A stretch of DNA of 64,000 nt, taken from NCBI GenBank assembly GCA_022823235.1, contig JAJDXO010000022.1, positions 61,955 to 125,954 of the forward strand. The letters run 5' to 3'. The translations under genes and the position numbers were made by a program. Numbering within the stretch: the stretch's first letter is position 1; each line of letters begins with the position of its first letter. Source of the DNA: Rhodospirillales bacterium. Lineage in GTDB: Bacteria > Pseudomonadota > Alphaproteobacteria > Rhodospirillales > UBA2165. Below the pieces are notes generated by a model that had not been told where the DNA came from, searched no databases, and saw only the letters and a program-made list of their open reading frames with translations. Below, piece by piece: positions 52,301 through 64,000 of this stretch.

Positions 52301-53779
52301 CTATATCCGGTCGAACAGGCCGGCGAACTTCTCGCGCATCCTCGCTTTCAGCTCCGGCGTCGCCTGGGCGACGGTCGGAAAATCGTCCTTCCACCCCCAC
52401 GGCCGGCAGGCGTCGACGATCGCCCGGTTGTTCTCGTAGGGCGGCCCCTGCAGCAGCGGGTCCAGCGGCGTCGACCAGGCGCGGCGGATGAAGTCGATGT
52501 CGTTGGGCGGATCGCAGCGGGTCGACATGGCCCAGATCACGTCATACAGGTCGGTGGGGTCGATGTCCTCGTCGACGACGGTCACCCAGCGCCCGGCGTA
52601 ATTGCCGGCGTGGCAATTGGCGGCCAGCATGCCGGCCTGGCTGACATGGCCGGGATAGAGCTGCTTGATGGCGATGACGTTGAACAGCCGTCCGGCGCCG
52701 GCCTCGTGGCACCATACGCCCTGGACGCCGGGAAGCCCCGCTTTCTCCACCTCGTCCCAGATCATCGCCGCCTTCATGGCGCTGCGGGCGTAGGTGAAGT
52801 TGTTGGGCGGCCGCGCGGGATTGGCGAGGCACATGATCGGGTCGTTGCGGTAGTAGACCCGGCGGACCTTGATGGAGGGCTCGTCCGACCTGTCACTGGC
52901 GTAGTAGCCCATGAACTCGCCGAACGGCCCCTCGGGCATCAGTTCGTCGCCGTAGATCTCGCCTTCGATGGCGATTTCGGCGCGGGCCGGAATGGGCAGG
53001 CCGTGGATTTCGGACTTCACGGTTTCGAACGGAAAACCCCGGTGGCCGCCGGCGTAGTGCATCTCGTTGGTGCCCCAGTCGATCTCGTTGTGGGCGGCGA
53101 GGAACAACAACGGGTCCTGGCCGAAGCAGATCACCACCGGGCAGGGCTCGCCCTTGGCGAAGTACTTTTCGCGGATCAGCCGGCCGTGCTTGCCGGGCGA
53201 CATCCAAATGCCGCAGGTGTTCTTGTTCTGCACCATCACCCGGTAGGTGGCGGCGTTGATCCAGTCCTCCTCCGGGTCGCGGGTGATCACCATGTCGTCG
53301 GTGCCGATGTAGCGCCCGCCGTCTTCTTCGTGGATGAAGGGGATCGGGAACTTGTAGAGGTCGACCTCGTCGTCCCGGTCGATGTTGTCGAAGACCGGCC
53401 CGCCGTCCTGTTCCTCGGGCGGGATCAGCTCGAAGTCGGTGCGCAGCCGGTCGCGGCACGCCTGGACCACGTCGAGGGAATTCTTCGGTTCGTCGAAGCC
53501 GAGGATATAGGCCAGCCGGCGCATGGAGTTGGCGGCGCCCGCCAGCACCCGGAAGCCGTCGGGGAATCCCTCGATTTTCTCGAACAGCAGCGCCGGCGCC
53601 CTGCCGGCGGCCGAGTCCTGGCACACCATTTCGGCCAGCGTGCCCATTTCCAGGTTCCAGTCCGCGCCTTCGACCCGTTCGAGTTCGCCCATTTGGTCGA
53701 TGCGCTCGATCAGGTCGCGCAAATCCTCGTGCCGGTCCTGGTTGCGTCCCGACCAGCTCCCGCCGATGGCATCATCCAT
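52301..53779 (-). CDS. UbiD-family (prenylated-FMN dependent) aromatic acid decarboxylase
   Basis: Start at MDDAIGGSW. The protein is 492 aa with UbiD-like blocks (PALLFEKIEGFPDGFRVL, GGRYIGTDDMVITRDPE, NAATYRVMV, GPFGEFMGYY). No ubiX is present in the window. Confidence 0.8.
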   Translation of the reverse strand: MDDAIGGSWSGRNQDRHEDLRDLIERIDQMGELERVEGADWNLEMGTLAEMVCQDSAAGRAPALLFEKIEGFPDGFRVLAGAANSMRRLAYILGFDEPKNSLDVVQACRDRLRTDFELIPPEEQDGGPVFDNIDRDDEVDLYKFPIPFIHEEDGGRYIGTDDMVITRDPEEDWINAATYRVMVQNKNTCGIWMSPGKHGRLIREKYFAKGEPCPVVICFGQDPLLFLAAHNEIDWGTNEMHYAGGHRGFPFETVKSEIHGLPIPARAEIAIEGEIYGDELMPEGPFGEFMGYYASDRSDEPSIKVRRVYYRNDPIMCLANPARPPNNFTYARSAMKAAMIWDEVEKAGLPGVQGVWCHEAGAGRLFNVIAIKQLYPGHVSQAGMLAANCHAGNYAGRWVTVVDEDIDPTDLYDVIWAMSTRCDPPNDIDFIRRAWSTPLDPLLQGPPYENNRAIVDACRPWGWKDDFPTVAQATPELKARMREKFAGLFDRI

Positions 53780-53942
53780 GACGTGTCCTCCCCGTTTCGG
53801 CGCCCGGCGGGAAGGAACCGGGCGGCCGACCGTCATCCGGCATATTCTATTGCCATCCGGACCCGCGCCGCCCCCGAAATCCGTCCAAGTCCGCTCGACG
53901 GACCCGGCGGTCCCACATAATCGGCGGGCCAATTCGCCAACC

Positions 53943-53975
53943 AAAAACGGCGCTCCCGCAGGGAAGCGCCGTTTT
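53943..53975 (-). terminator. rho-independent terminator downstream of rpoD
   Basis: The minus strand reads AAAACGGCGCTTCCC-TGCG-GGAGCGCCGTTTTTGG. This is a GC-rich stem followed by a U-run, 19 nt after the rpoD stop. Confidence 0.7.
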
Positions 53976-53993
53976 CCCGTTCGAGTCCGGACC

Positions 53994-56006
<2,013 letters not shown>

Positions 56007-56110
56007 GACTTCCCCGCTTGCTTTCTATCCTCTTGCCCCGGGAGTCCCGGAGCGTGTTCCCCTGCCGGCCCCGCGGGCCCGGCCCTATATGAATGACGAT
56101 ACCGCTGGGT

Positions 56111-57970
56111 TTATGCCGCCGTGCCGGAACCCGTTTCAGCCGGACCGGCGTCCAACTGATCGGTTTCCTGGACCTGCTGCTGCTTCTTCAATTCCACGAG
56201 GCGCCGGAAGTCCGCTCCATTCGGCTCTTTGCCGAGACGTTCTTCCACTGCCTTGATCTCGGCCAGCAGCCGATCCCGCTGGTAAAGCCTGAGCACTTGG
56301 TCCCAGCCTCTACGGGCAATGTCCAATGGTACGTCCGGCCGGGCGAATGTCGCGTGGTCTAATACCTGTCGGCTCAAAAGGCCGCCCAAAAGCGTCGAAA
56401 ACCCGGTCTGATATAAGTGGTCATGCAGACCCTGAAAATCAAGGTCGGACCGCTGTTCGAGGGTCTTTAAGACCTCTTGGCGCAGTTTGTCAAGTTCCGG
56501 GCTCGTAAAGTCGAGGATTCCCAACTGTTCGCCGATGTCGTCCATCATCTCGGGATGAGCGATCAAAACCACCAGAAGAATGCGTTCGCGGAGGGAAATC
56601 CGGTCGATTTTGGCGCCGGCGCCCGCCGCTTCGTCGATCTGCACCGATTTTGACGCAGGCTTCGCCCCGCCGGCCCCTGTCGCCGGCCGGGATTTGCGCA
56701 TTTCCCGCCACAGGCGGTCCTTGAACGTCGAGAGATAGTGGCCCCGCACCGTCTCATCGGCGATCTTGAACGCCTGATCCTTGAGTTTTTTCTCGATCCA
56801 CGCCCGGTCGTCCGGGTCGTTCAACGGCTTGCCCGCCCGTTCCATGCGCCAGATGACCTCCGACAAGGGCACCGCCCGGTTCAGCAGGTCTCCCATGGCG
56901 TCCCGGCCCCGGGTCCGGATCAGGCTGTCCGGGTCCTCACCGGCGGGCAGGAAGGCGAACCGCAATGTGTGCCCGGCATTGAGGATGGGCAGCGCCCGCT
57001 CCGCCGCCCGGGATGCCGCCCGCTCGCCCGCATTGTCGCCGTCGAAGCACAGGATGGGCTCGCGGGAGAACCGCCAGACCAGCCTGATCTGGTCCTCGGT
57101 CAGCGCCGTGCCCAAGGGCGCGACGGCGGTCCGGAACCCGGCCTGCTGCAGCGCCAGCACGTCGGTGTAGCCTTCGACGATGACGATGGGGTCGTCCCGG
57201 GCGTGCTCGCGGGCCTGATAGAGGCCGTACAGTGTCCGGCCCTTCTGGAACACCGGGGTCTCGGGCGAGTTCAGGTATTTGGGCGCGTTGGAGCCGGGAC
57301 CGGCATCGAGGATGCGCCCGCCGAAGGCGATCACCCGGCCGCGGCCGTCCAATATGGGGAACATCACCCGGCCCCGGAACCGGTCGTACGGCGGGCGGTC
57401 ATCATCGTCCGGCTGCACCACCAGCCCGGCCTCCAGGAGCTTCCCGTCCGGCGTGCCGTCCTTGGTCAGCGCCGCCTTCAGCGCGCCCCGCCCGTCGGGG
57501 GCGAAGCCCAGCCGGTAGGTCTTGATGGTCTCCTCGGTCAGGCCCCGGTCCCGCAGATATTGCAGCGCCCGCTTGCCTTCGGGCATGCGGAGCTGCTTCT
57601 CGAAATAGAGCGCGGCGGCTTCCAGCACGTCGTAGAGGCCCTTGGCGCGCTCGCTCCGGGCCCGTTCCTCCGGCGAGTCCCGCGGCACTTCCATGCCGGC
57701 TTCCGCCGCCAGCCGCTCGACCGCTTCGGGGAACGACAGGTTTTCCGTCTCCATGACGAAGTCGAAGACGCTGCCGTGGGCCTCGCAGCCGAAGCAGTGA
57801 TAAAAGCCCTTCTCCTCGTTGACCGTGAAGGACGGCGTCTTTTCGTTGTGGAACGGACACAGGCCCTTATGTACGCGGCCCGCGCGCTTCAGGGCGACGC
57901 GCTTGCCGATCACCGAGACCAGGCCCACCCGCGCCCTGAGTTCGTCCAGAAAGTGAGGAGAAAACGCCAT
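56111..57970 (-). CDS. dnaG: DNA primase DnaG
   Basis: Zinc-finger region CPFHNEKTPSFTVNEEKGFYHCFGCEAHG and TOPRIM region VIVEGYTDVLALQQAG. It is upstream of rpoD, as in the conserved macromolecular-synthesis arrangement. Confidence 0.95.
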   Translation of the reverse strand: MAFSPHFLDELRARVGLVSVIGKRVALKRAGRVHKGLCPFHNEKTPSFTVNEEKGFYHCFGCEAHGSVFDFVMETENLSFPEAVERLAAEAGMEVPRDSPEERARSERAKGLYDVLEAAALYFEKQLRMPEGKRALQYLRDRGLTEETIKTYRLGFAPDGRGALKAALTKDGTPDGKLLEAGLVVQPDDDDRPPYDRFRGRVMFPILDGRGRVIAFGGRILDAGPGSNAPKYLNSPETPVFQKGRTLYGLYQAREHARDDPIVIVEGYTDVLALQQAGFRTAVAPLGTALTEDQIRLVWRFSREPILCFDGDNAGERAASRAAERALPILNAGHTLRFAFLPAGEDPDSLIRTRGRDAMGDLLNRAVPLSEVIWRMERAGKPLNDPDDRAWIEKKLKDQAFKIADETVRGHYLSTFKDRLWREMRKSRPATGAGGAKPASKSVQIDEAAGAGAKIDRISLRERILLVVLIAHPEMMDDIGEQLGILDFTSPELDKLRQEVLKTLEQRSDLDFQGLHDHLYQTGFSTLLGGLLSRQVLDHATFARPDVPLDIARRGWDQVLRLYQRDRLLAEIKAVEERLGKEPNGADFRRLVELKKQQQVQETDQLDAGPAETGSGTAA

Positions 57971-58087
57971 GGCGGCTTTATAGCAGGCGCCAATCCCCGC
58001 GTACGCGCGAGTTGCGAGTTATCCCCGTGTTCCTTGCGATTCACAGGGGGCGGCGGCAAATCGCCGGATCATGAATTCGCCGAATCA

Positions 58088-58407
58088 CCCCCTCACCCCA
58101 AAGTGTCGTCATACCCCGGCGCAAGTCCGGGGTATCCACATTTCCAATTCCTGAACCACAGAGACGGTGAGACAGTGAGGGGCACCGCTCCCGCCCCAAA
58201 GCGTCATGGCCGGGCAAGGACCCGGCCTTCAGTCGGCCGAAGCCGACTTTCGGACGGCGTAGGCCGGCCATCCACGTGTACCGGGGGCCGCTAGGCATGG
58301 ATGCCCGGATCAAGTCCGGGCATGACGATAGCATAACAATTATCGCGTCATGGCCGGGCCCAGACCCGGCCATCCACGTGGTGATGACGGCTTGCGGGTG
58401 AGGGGGG
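58088..58407. repeat. cluster of GC-rich REP-like hairpin elements (at least four units) between dnaG and yqeY
   Basis: Hairpins at 58111-58135, 58208-58227, 58231-58248, 58301-58323 and 58353-58372. The units GCGTCATGGCCGGGC..CCCGGCCATCCACGTG recur. The block is bracketed by inverted CCCCCTCACCC (58088) and GGGTGAGGGGG (58396). Confidence 0.7.
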
Positions 58408-58420
58408 AGGAGAGAGGCCC

Positions 58421-58876
58421 CTACCCCAGCTTGTCCTTGACGATGCCGCTGGCTTTGCCAAAGTCCATCCGGCCGGCGTATTTTTCCTTCAGCGCGCCCA
58501 TCACCCGGCCCATCTCCTTGATGGAGCCGGCGCCCGTTTCGTCGATGACGCCCTGGACGGCCTCGGCCATGGCCTCGTCGGAGAGCTGCTCGGGGAGGAA
58601 CCGCTCGATGATGTCGATTTCCGCCTGCTCCTTCTCGGCCAGTTCGGCGCGGTTGCCGTCCCGGTAGAGCTGGATGGCTTCCCGGCGCTGCTTGATCATG
58701 CTCTGCAGCAGGCCGAGGATGGCGTCGTCGCCGATCCCCTCCTGGTTGCCCTTGGACCGGTCGGCGATGTCACGGTCCTTGAGCGCCGCCAGGATCAGGC
58801 GGCAGGTCGAGGTCGCCACCCCGTCCTTCGATTTCATGGACTCCTTGAGGGTATCGTTGATCCGGGCCCTGAGCAT
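58421..58876 (-). CDS. yqeY: GatB/YqeY domain-containing protein
   Basis: A 151-aa protein. MLRARINDTLKESMKSKD..ILAALKDRDI..EAIQLYRDGNRAELAEKEQAEIDIIERFLP is typical of YqeY. Confidence 0.85.
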   Translation of the reverse strand: MLRARINDTLKESMKSKDGVATSTCRLILAALKDRDIADRSKGNQEGIGDDAILGLLQSMIKQRREAIQLYRDGNRAELAEKEQAEIDIIERFLPEQLSDEAMAEAVQGVIDETGAGSIKEMGRVMGALKEKYAGRMDFGKASGIVKDKLG

Positions 58877-59195
58877 GGGGCAGTCTTTTCGCCGTTGCGG
58901 AAGGGCGAGACACTAGCCAAAAAGCGGAACCGGAGTCAAATCCCATGCAAAATATAACTAATTGATATTAAACGTTTTTTTCGGCGTTTTTTTCTTGACG
59001 GCAATGACTTCAATGCTTTAAGCAACGCTTCCAGCCGTGATGTGACGGCGGGGGCGCCCAATATCCCGTTTCCGGCAAGCCGGCGCCGGGCCCGGTCCGC
59101 CAGACCGCCCGATCCACAGCCATGGATAGACCGCTGATTCCGTTGCCGTTTCCGGCTTCGGACCAGCCCAGAGACGCGAGAGAGGCCGCCCGAGA

Positions 59196-60401
59196 ATGCC
59201 GCCCGCCGACGGCCACGCCGCGCCCCGAGGAAGCGGCGCGCCCACCAGCACAAGTCCGCCCCCCGGACCGCCCGATGGGGCCGATGCGGCATTGGTTCTT
59301 TCCGACGGCACGGTGTTCTGGGGAACCGGCCTCGGCGCCGAGACCTCCAACGTCGGCGAGGTGTGCTTCAACACCTCGATCACCGGTTATCAGGAAATCC
59401 TCACCGATCCCTCCTACGCCGGGCAGATCATCACCTTCACCTTCCCCCATATCGGCAACGTGGGCACCAACCCGGAAGACATCGAGACCGTGACCCCGGC
59501 GGCCCGGGGCTGCGTGCTCCGCGCCGGCATCACCGGGCCCGCCAACTTCCGGGCGACCCGTCATCTGGACGAGTGGCTCAAGTCCCACGGCCTCCCCGGC
59601 ATCGCCGGGATCGATACCCGGGCGCTGACCCGCAAGATCCGGGAGTCGGGCTTCATCAACGGCACGGTGGTGAACGGCGGAGACTTGGACGTGGCGGCGG
59701 CGCTCGCCGAAGCCCGGGCGTGGCCCGGCCTCGACGGCATGGACCTCGCCAAGACCGTCACCTGCGGCCAGACCTACCGGTGGGAGGAGGGCACCTGGGC
59801 GCTGGGCCGGGGCTACGGCGCCCTGGACAAGCCCGATCATCACGTGGTCGCCGTCGATTTCGGCGCCAAGCGCAACATCCTCCGCTGCCTCGCCGCCGCC
59901 GGGTGCCGCGTCACGGTGGTGCCGGCGACCGCCACCGCCGAGGACGTATTGGGCCACGAGCCGGACGGGGTGTTCCTCTCCAACGGCCCGGGCGATCCGG
60001 CGGCCACCGGCGACTACGCGGTGCCCATGATTAAGGATGTCGTGGCCTCGGGCACGCCGGTGTTCGGCATCTGCCTCGGCCATCAGATGCTGGCGCTTTC
60101 ATTGGGATGCAGGACGGAGAAAATGCATCACGGCCACCGGGGCGCCAATCACCCGGTGAAGGACCTGGAAACCGGCGGCGTCGAGATCACCAGCCAGAAC
60201 CACGGCTTCGTGGTGGTGCGGGATTCGCTCCCCGACGGCGTGGTCGAGACCCACACGTCCCTGTTCGACGGCACCATTGAAGGCATCCGCCTCGACGGCA
60301 GGCCCGTATTCAGCGTCCAGCATCACCCGGAAGCCTCGCCCGGCCCCCAGGACAGCCACCACCTCTTCGACCGGTTCGTGAAGATGATGGACTCCAAGTG
60401 A
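59196..60401 (+). CDS. carA: carbamoyl-phosphate synthase small (glutamine amidotransferase) subunit CarA
   Basis: ALVLSDGTVFWG..GEVCFNTSITGYQEILTDPSYAGQIITFTFPHIGNVGTN, plus the GATase triad context GICLGHQMLA and HHPEASPGP. The 30-aa Pro/Gly/Ala-rich N-terminal extension from the ATG at 59196 is doubtful. An in-frame TTG sits just before VLSDGTVF. Confidence 0.9.
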   Translation: MPPADGHAAPRGSGAPTSTSPPPGPPDGADAALVLSDGTVFWGTGLGAETSNVGEVCFNTSITGYQEILTDPSYAGQIITFTFPHIGNVGTNPEDIETVTPAARGCVLRAGITGPANFRATRHLDEWLKSHGLPGIAGIDTRALTRKIRESGFINGTVVNGGDLDVAAALAEARAWPGLDGMDLAKTVTCGQTYRWEEGTWALGRGYGALDKPDHHVVAVDFGAKRNILRCLAAAGCRVTVVPATATAEDVLGHEPDGVFLSNGPGDPAATGDYAVPMIKDVVASGTPVFGICLGHQMLALSLGCRTEKMHHGHRGANHPVKDLETGGVEITSQNHGFVVVRDSLPDGVVETHTSLFDGTIEGIRLDGRPVFSVQHHPEASPGPQDSHHLFDRFVKMMDSK

Positions 60402-60423
60402 CTCACCACGGAGCACACCGAAG

Positions 60424-60461
60424 CCCCCCACCCCATCCCTCCCCCGCAAGGGGGGAGGGGG
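60424..60461. repeat. 38-nt GC-rich hairpin element, left copy (CCCCCCACCCCATCCCTCCCCCGCAAGGGGGGAGGGGG)
   Basis: Identical to 60898-60935. It contains the hairpin CCCTCCCCC-GCAA-GGGGGGAGGG. A 21-nt inverted partial copy lies at 60484-60504. Confidence 0.8.
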
Positions 60462-60520
60462 TGTTGGTTCGCGGCAATAATCACCTCCCCCCTTGCGGGG
60501 GAGGTCGAGGCGTTCGGCGG

Positions 60521-60874
60521 TCAGCCGGACGCCGAGGGTGGGGGGAAAGCGCGCAGCGCGGATTGAATTTCGGCGATCACCCCGTCGGTCCTTTCCAGCA
60601 CGTCGCTATTCCAGAAGCGGATGACCCGGAAGTCCTGGCTTCCGAGCCACGCCGTACGCGCAGCATCAGCGGCCGCATGGGCGTCATGTTGTCCGCCATC
60701 CACTTCGACGATCAGCCGCGCTTCGTAACACAAGAAGTCGACGACGTATGGACCCAAAGGCACCTGACGGCGAAATCTGTGACCGTCGACTTGGCGGCGG
60801 CGCAAACGGGACCAAAGGCGTTGCTCCGCGTCCGTCGGGTTTCTTCGCAGCTTGCGGGCGTTCTTGTTGGCCAT
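60521..60874 (-). CDS. DUF559 (Vsr/restriction-endonuclease-like) domain protein
   Basis: Start at MANKNARKLRRNPTDAEQRLWSRLRRRQ. The sequence continues FRRQVPLGPYVVDFLCYEARLIVEVDGGQH..RFWNSDV, which is the classic DUF559 pattern. Confidence 0.8.
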   Translation of the reverse strand: MANKNARKLRRNPTDAEQRLWSRLRRRQVDGHRFRRQVPLGPYVVDFLCYEARLIVEVDGGQHDAHAAADAARTAWLGSQDFRVIRFWNSDVLERTDGVIAEIQSALRAFPPPSASG

Positions 60875-60897
60875 GCTTCCAGGATAGACGAATTGGA

Positions 60898-60935
60898 CCC
60901 CCCACCCCATCCCTCCCCCGCAAGGGGGGAGGGGG
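60898..60935. repeat. 38-nt GC-rich hairpin element, right copy
   Basis: A 38/38 match to 60424-60461 in direct orientation. The two copies flank the DUF559 gene. Confidence 0.8.
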
Positions 60936-61090
60936 ATAGTCCTTCTCACTGCCTCATTGCCTCTGTGGTTCAAAAAATCCTCCGTGATCTCCGTGTTCCC
61001 GGTGGCGAATCCCGAATCCCGGGCTATATCAACTAATGTTCGTCTTCAGCGGGGGTTTTGCCGGACGGGAAATGTCCGAAAAGGCGGCCG

Positions 61091-61130
61091 AATGTCCATA
61101 AATGTCCATGAATGTCCATGAATGTCCATT
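61091..61130. repeat. four tandem copies of a 10-bp unit AATGTCCAT(A/G/T), plus a degenerate fifth copy at 61071-61079
   Basis: AATGTCCATA AATGTCCATG AATGTCCATG AATGTCCATT were read directly. The array ends 53 nt upstream of the carB ATG. Confidence 0.85.
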
Positions 61131-61182
61131 GCACGAAAACGCCCAAAATCGCCTTGTTGGAATCCAATTCTGATGGAATTTG

Positions 61183-64000
<2,818 letters not shown>

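Noticed and set aside
58041-58373. The 110-aa minus-strand ORF inside the dnaG-yqeY spacer
   Set aside because: It is a translation of stacked REP-like hairpin repeats, with no independent coding signal.
59010-60083. The 357-aa minus-strand ORF
   Set aside because: It is antisense to carA.
60398-61036. The 212-aa plus-strand ORF spanning the carA-carB spacer
   Set aside because: It reads through both 38-nt repeats (giving the repeated PSPARGEG peptide) and runs antisense to the DUF559 gene. It is an artefact of repeat translation.
61091-61130. The possibility that the tandem 10-bp repeats are a CRISPR array
   Set aside because: The units are contiguous with no spacers, only 10 bp long, and there are no cas genes. 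This is a simple tandem repeat.

Overview
This is a high-GC, gene-dense chromosomal segment. Gene content, GC3 bias and GC-rich hairpin repeats suggest an alphaproteobacterial, Rhodospirillales-like origin, but that is inference. I support about 60 CDS, one tRNA(CAT), several repeat families and several candidate operators. No CRISPR array, integrase, transposase or recognisable defence system was seen.

Layout:
- 1-14 kb: a TRAP transporter, TetR and MarR regulators, a TctCBA tricarboxylate-type transporter, a metallophosphoesterase, a sulfatase, a secreted phytochelatin-synthase-like protein and an orphan ABC binding protein.
- 14-20 kb: a LigM/DesA-like aryl O-demethylase among unknown genes. 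Three minus-strand transcription units here are preceded by the same ~20-nt motif.
- 20-34 kb: one long minus-strand array of TetR, MmsA, a GMC oxidoreductase, a CoA-transferase, an enoyl-CoA hydratase and a LivK-type binding protein. These are followed by two tandem LivHMGF sets and a His-tailed FixH/YtkA-like protein.
- 35-47 kb: a metal block. It starts with an unusual five-gene operon whose first gene fuses a His-rich CxC permease to an SPFH/band-7 domain. That operon continues with two more SPFH paralogs, a binding protein and a membrane protein. Next come znuCBA, an AT-rich Zur-type palindrome, PiT, a GPP34-like gene and zur.
- 47-54 kb: the tRNA, a second TRAP system, and an isochorismatase-like / LigB / LigA / UbiD aromatic module.
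- 54-64 kb: housekeeping genes rpoD, dnaG, yqeY and carA, a DUF559 cassette, and carB. carB is absent from the ORF track because it runs off the window.

Most long ORFs lying opposite these genes are high-GC shadow ORFs and were rejected. The most interesting candidate system is the permease-SPFH fusion operon next to the zinc regulon.
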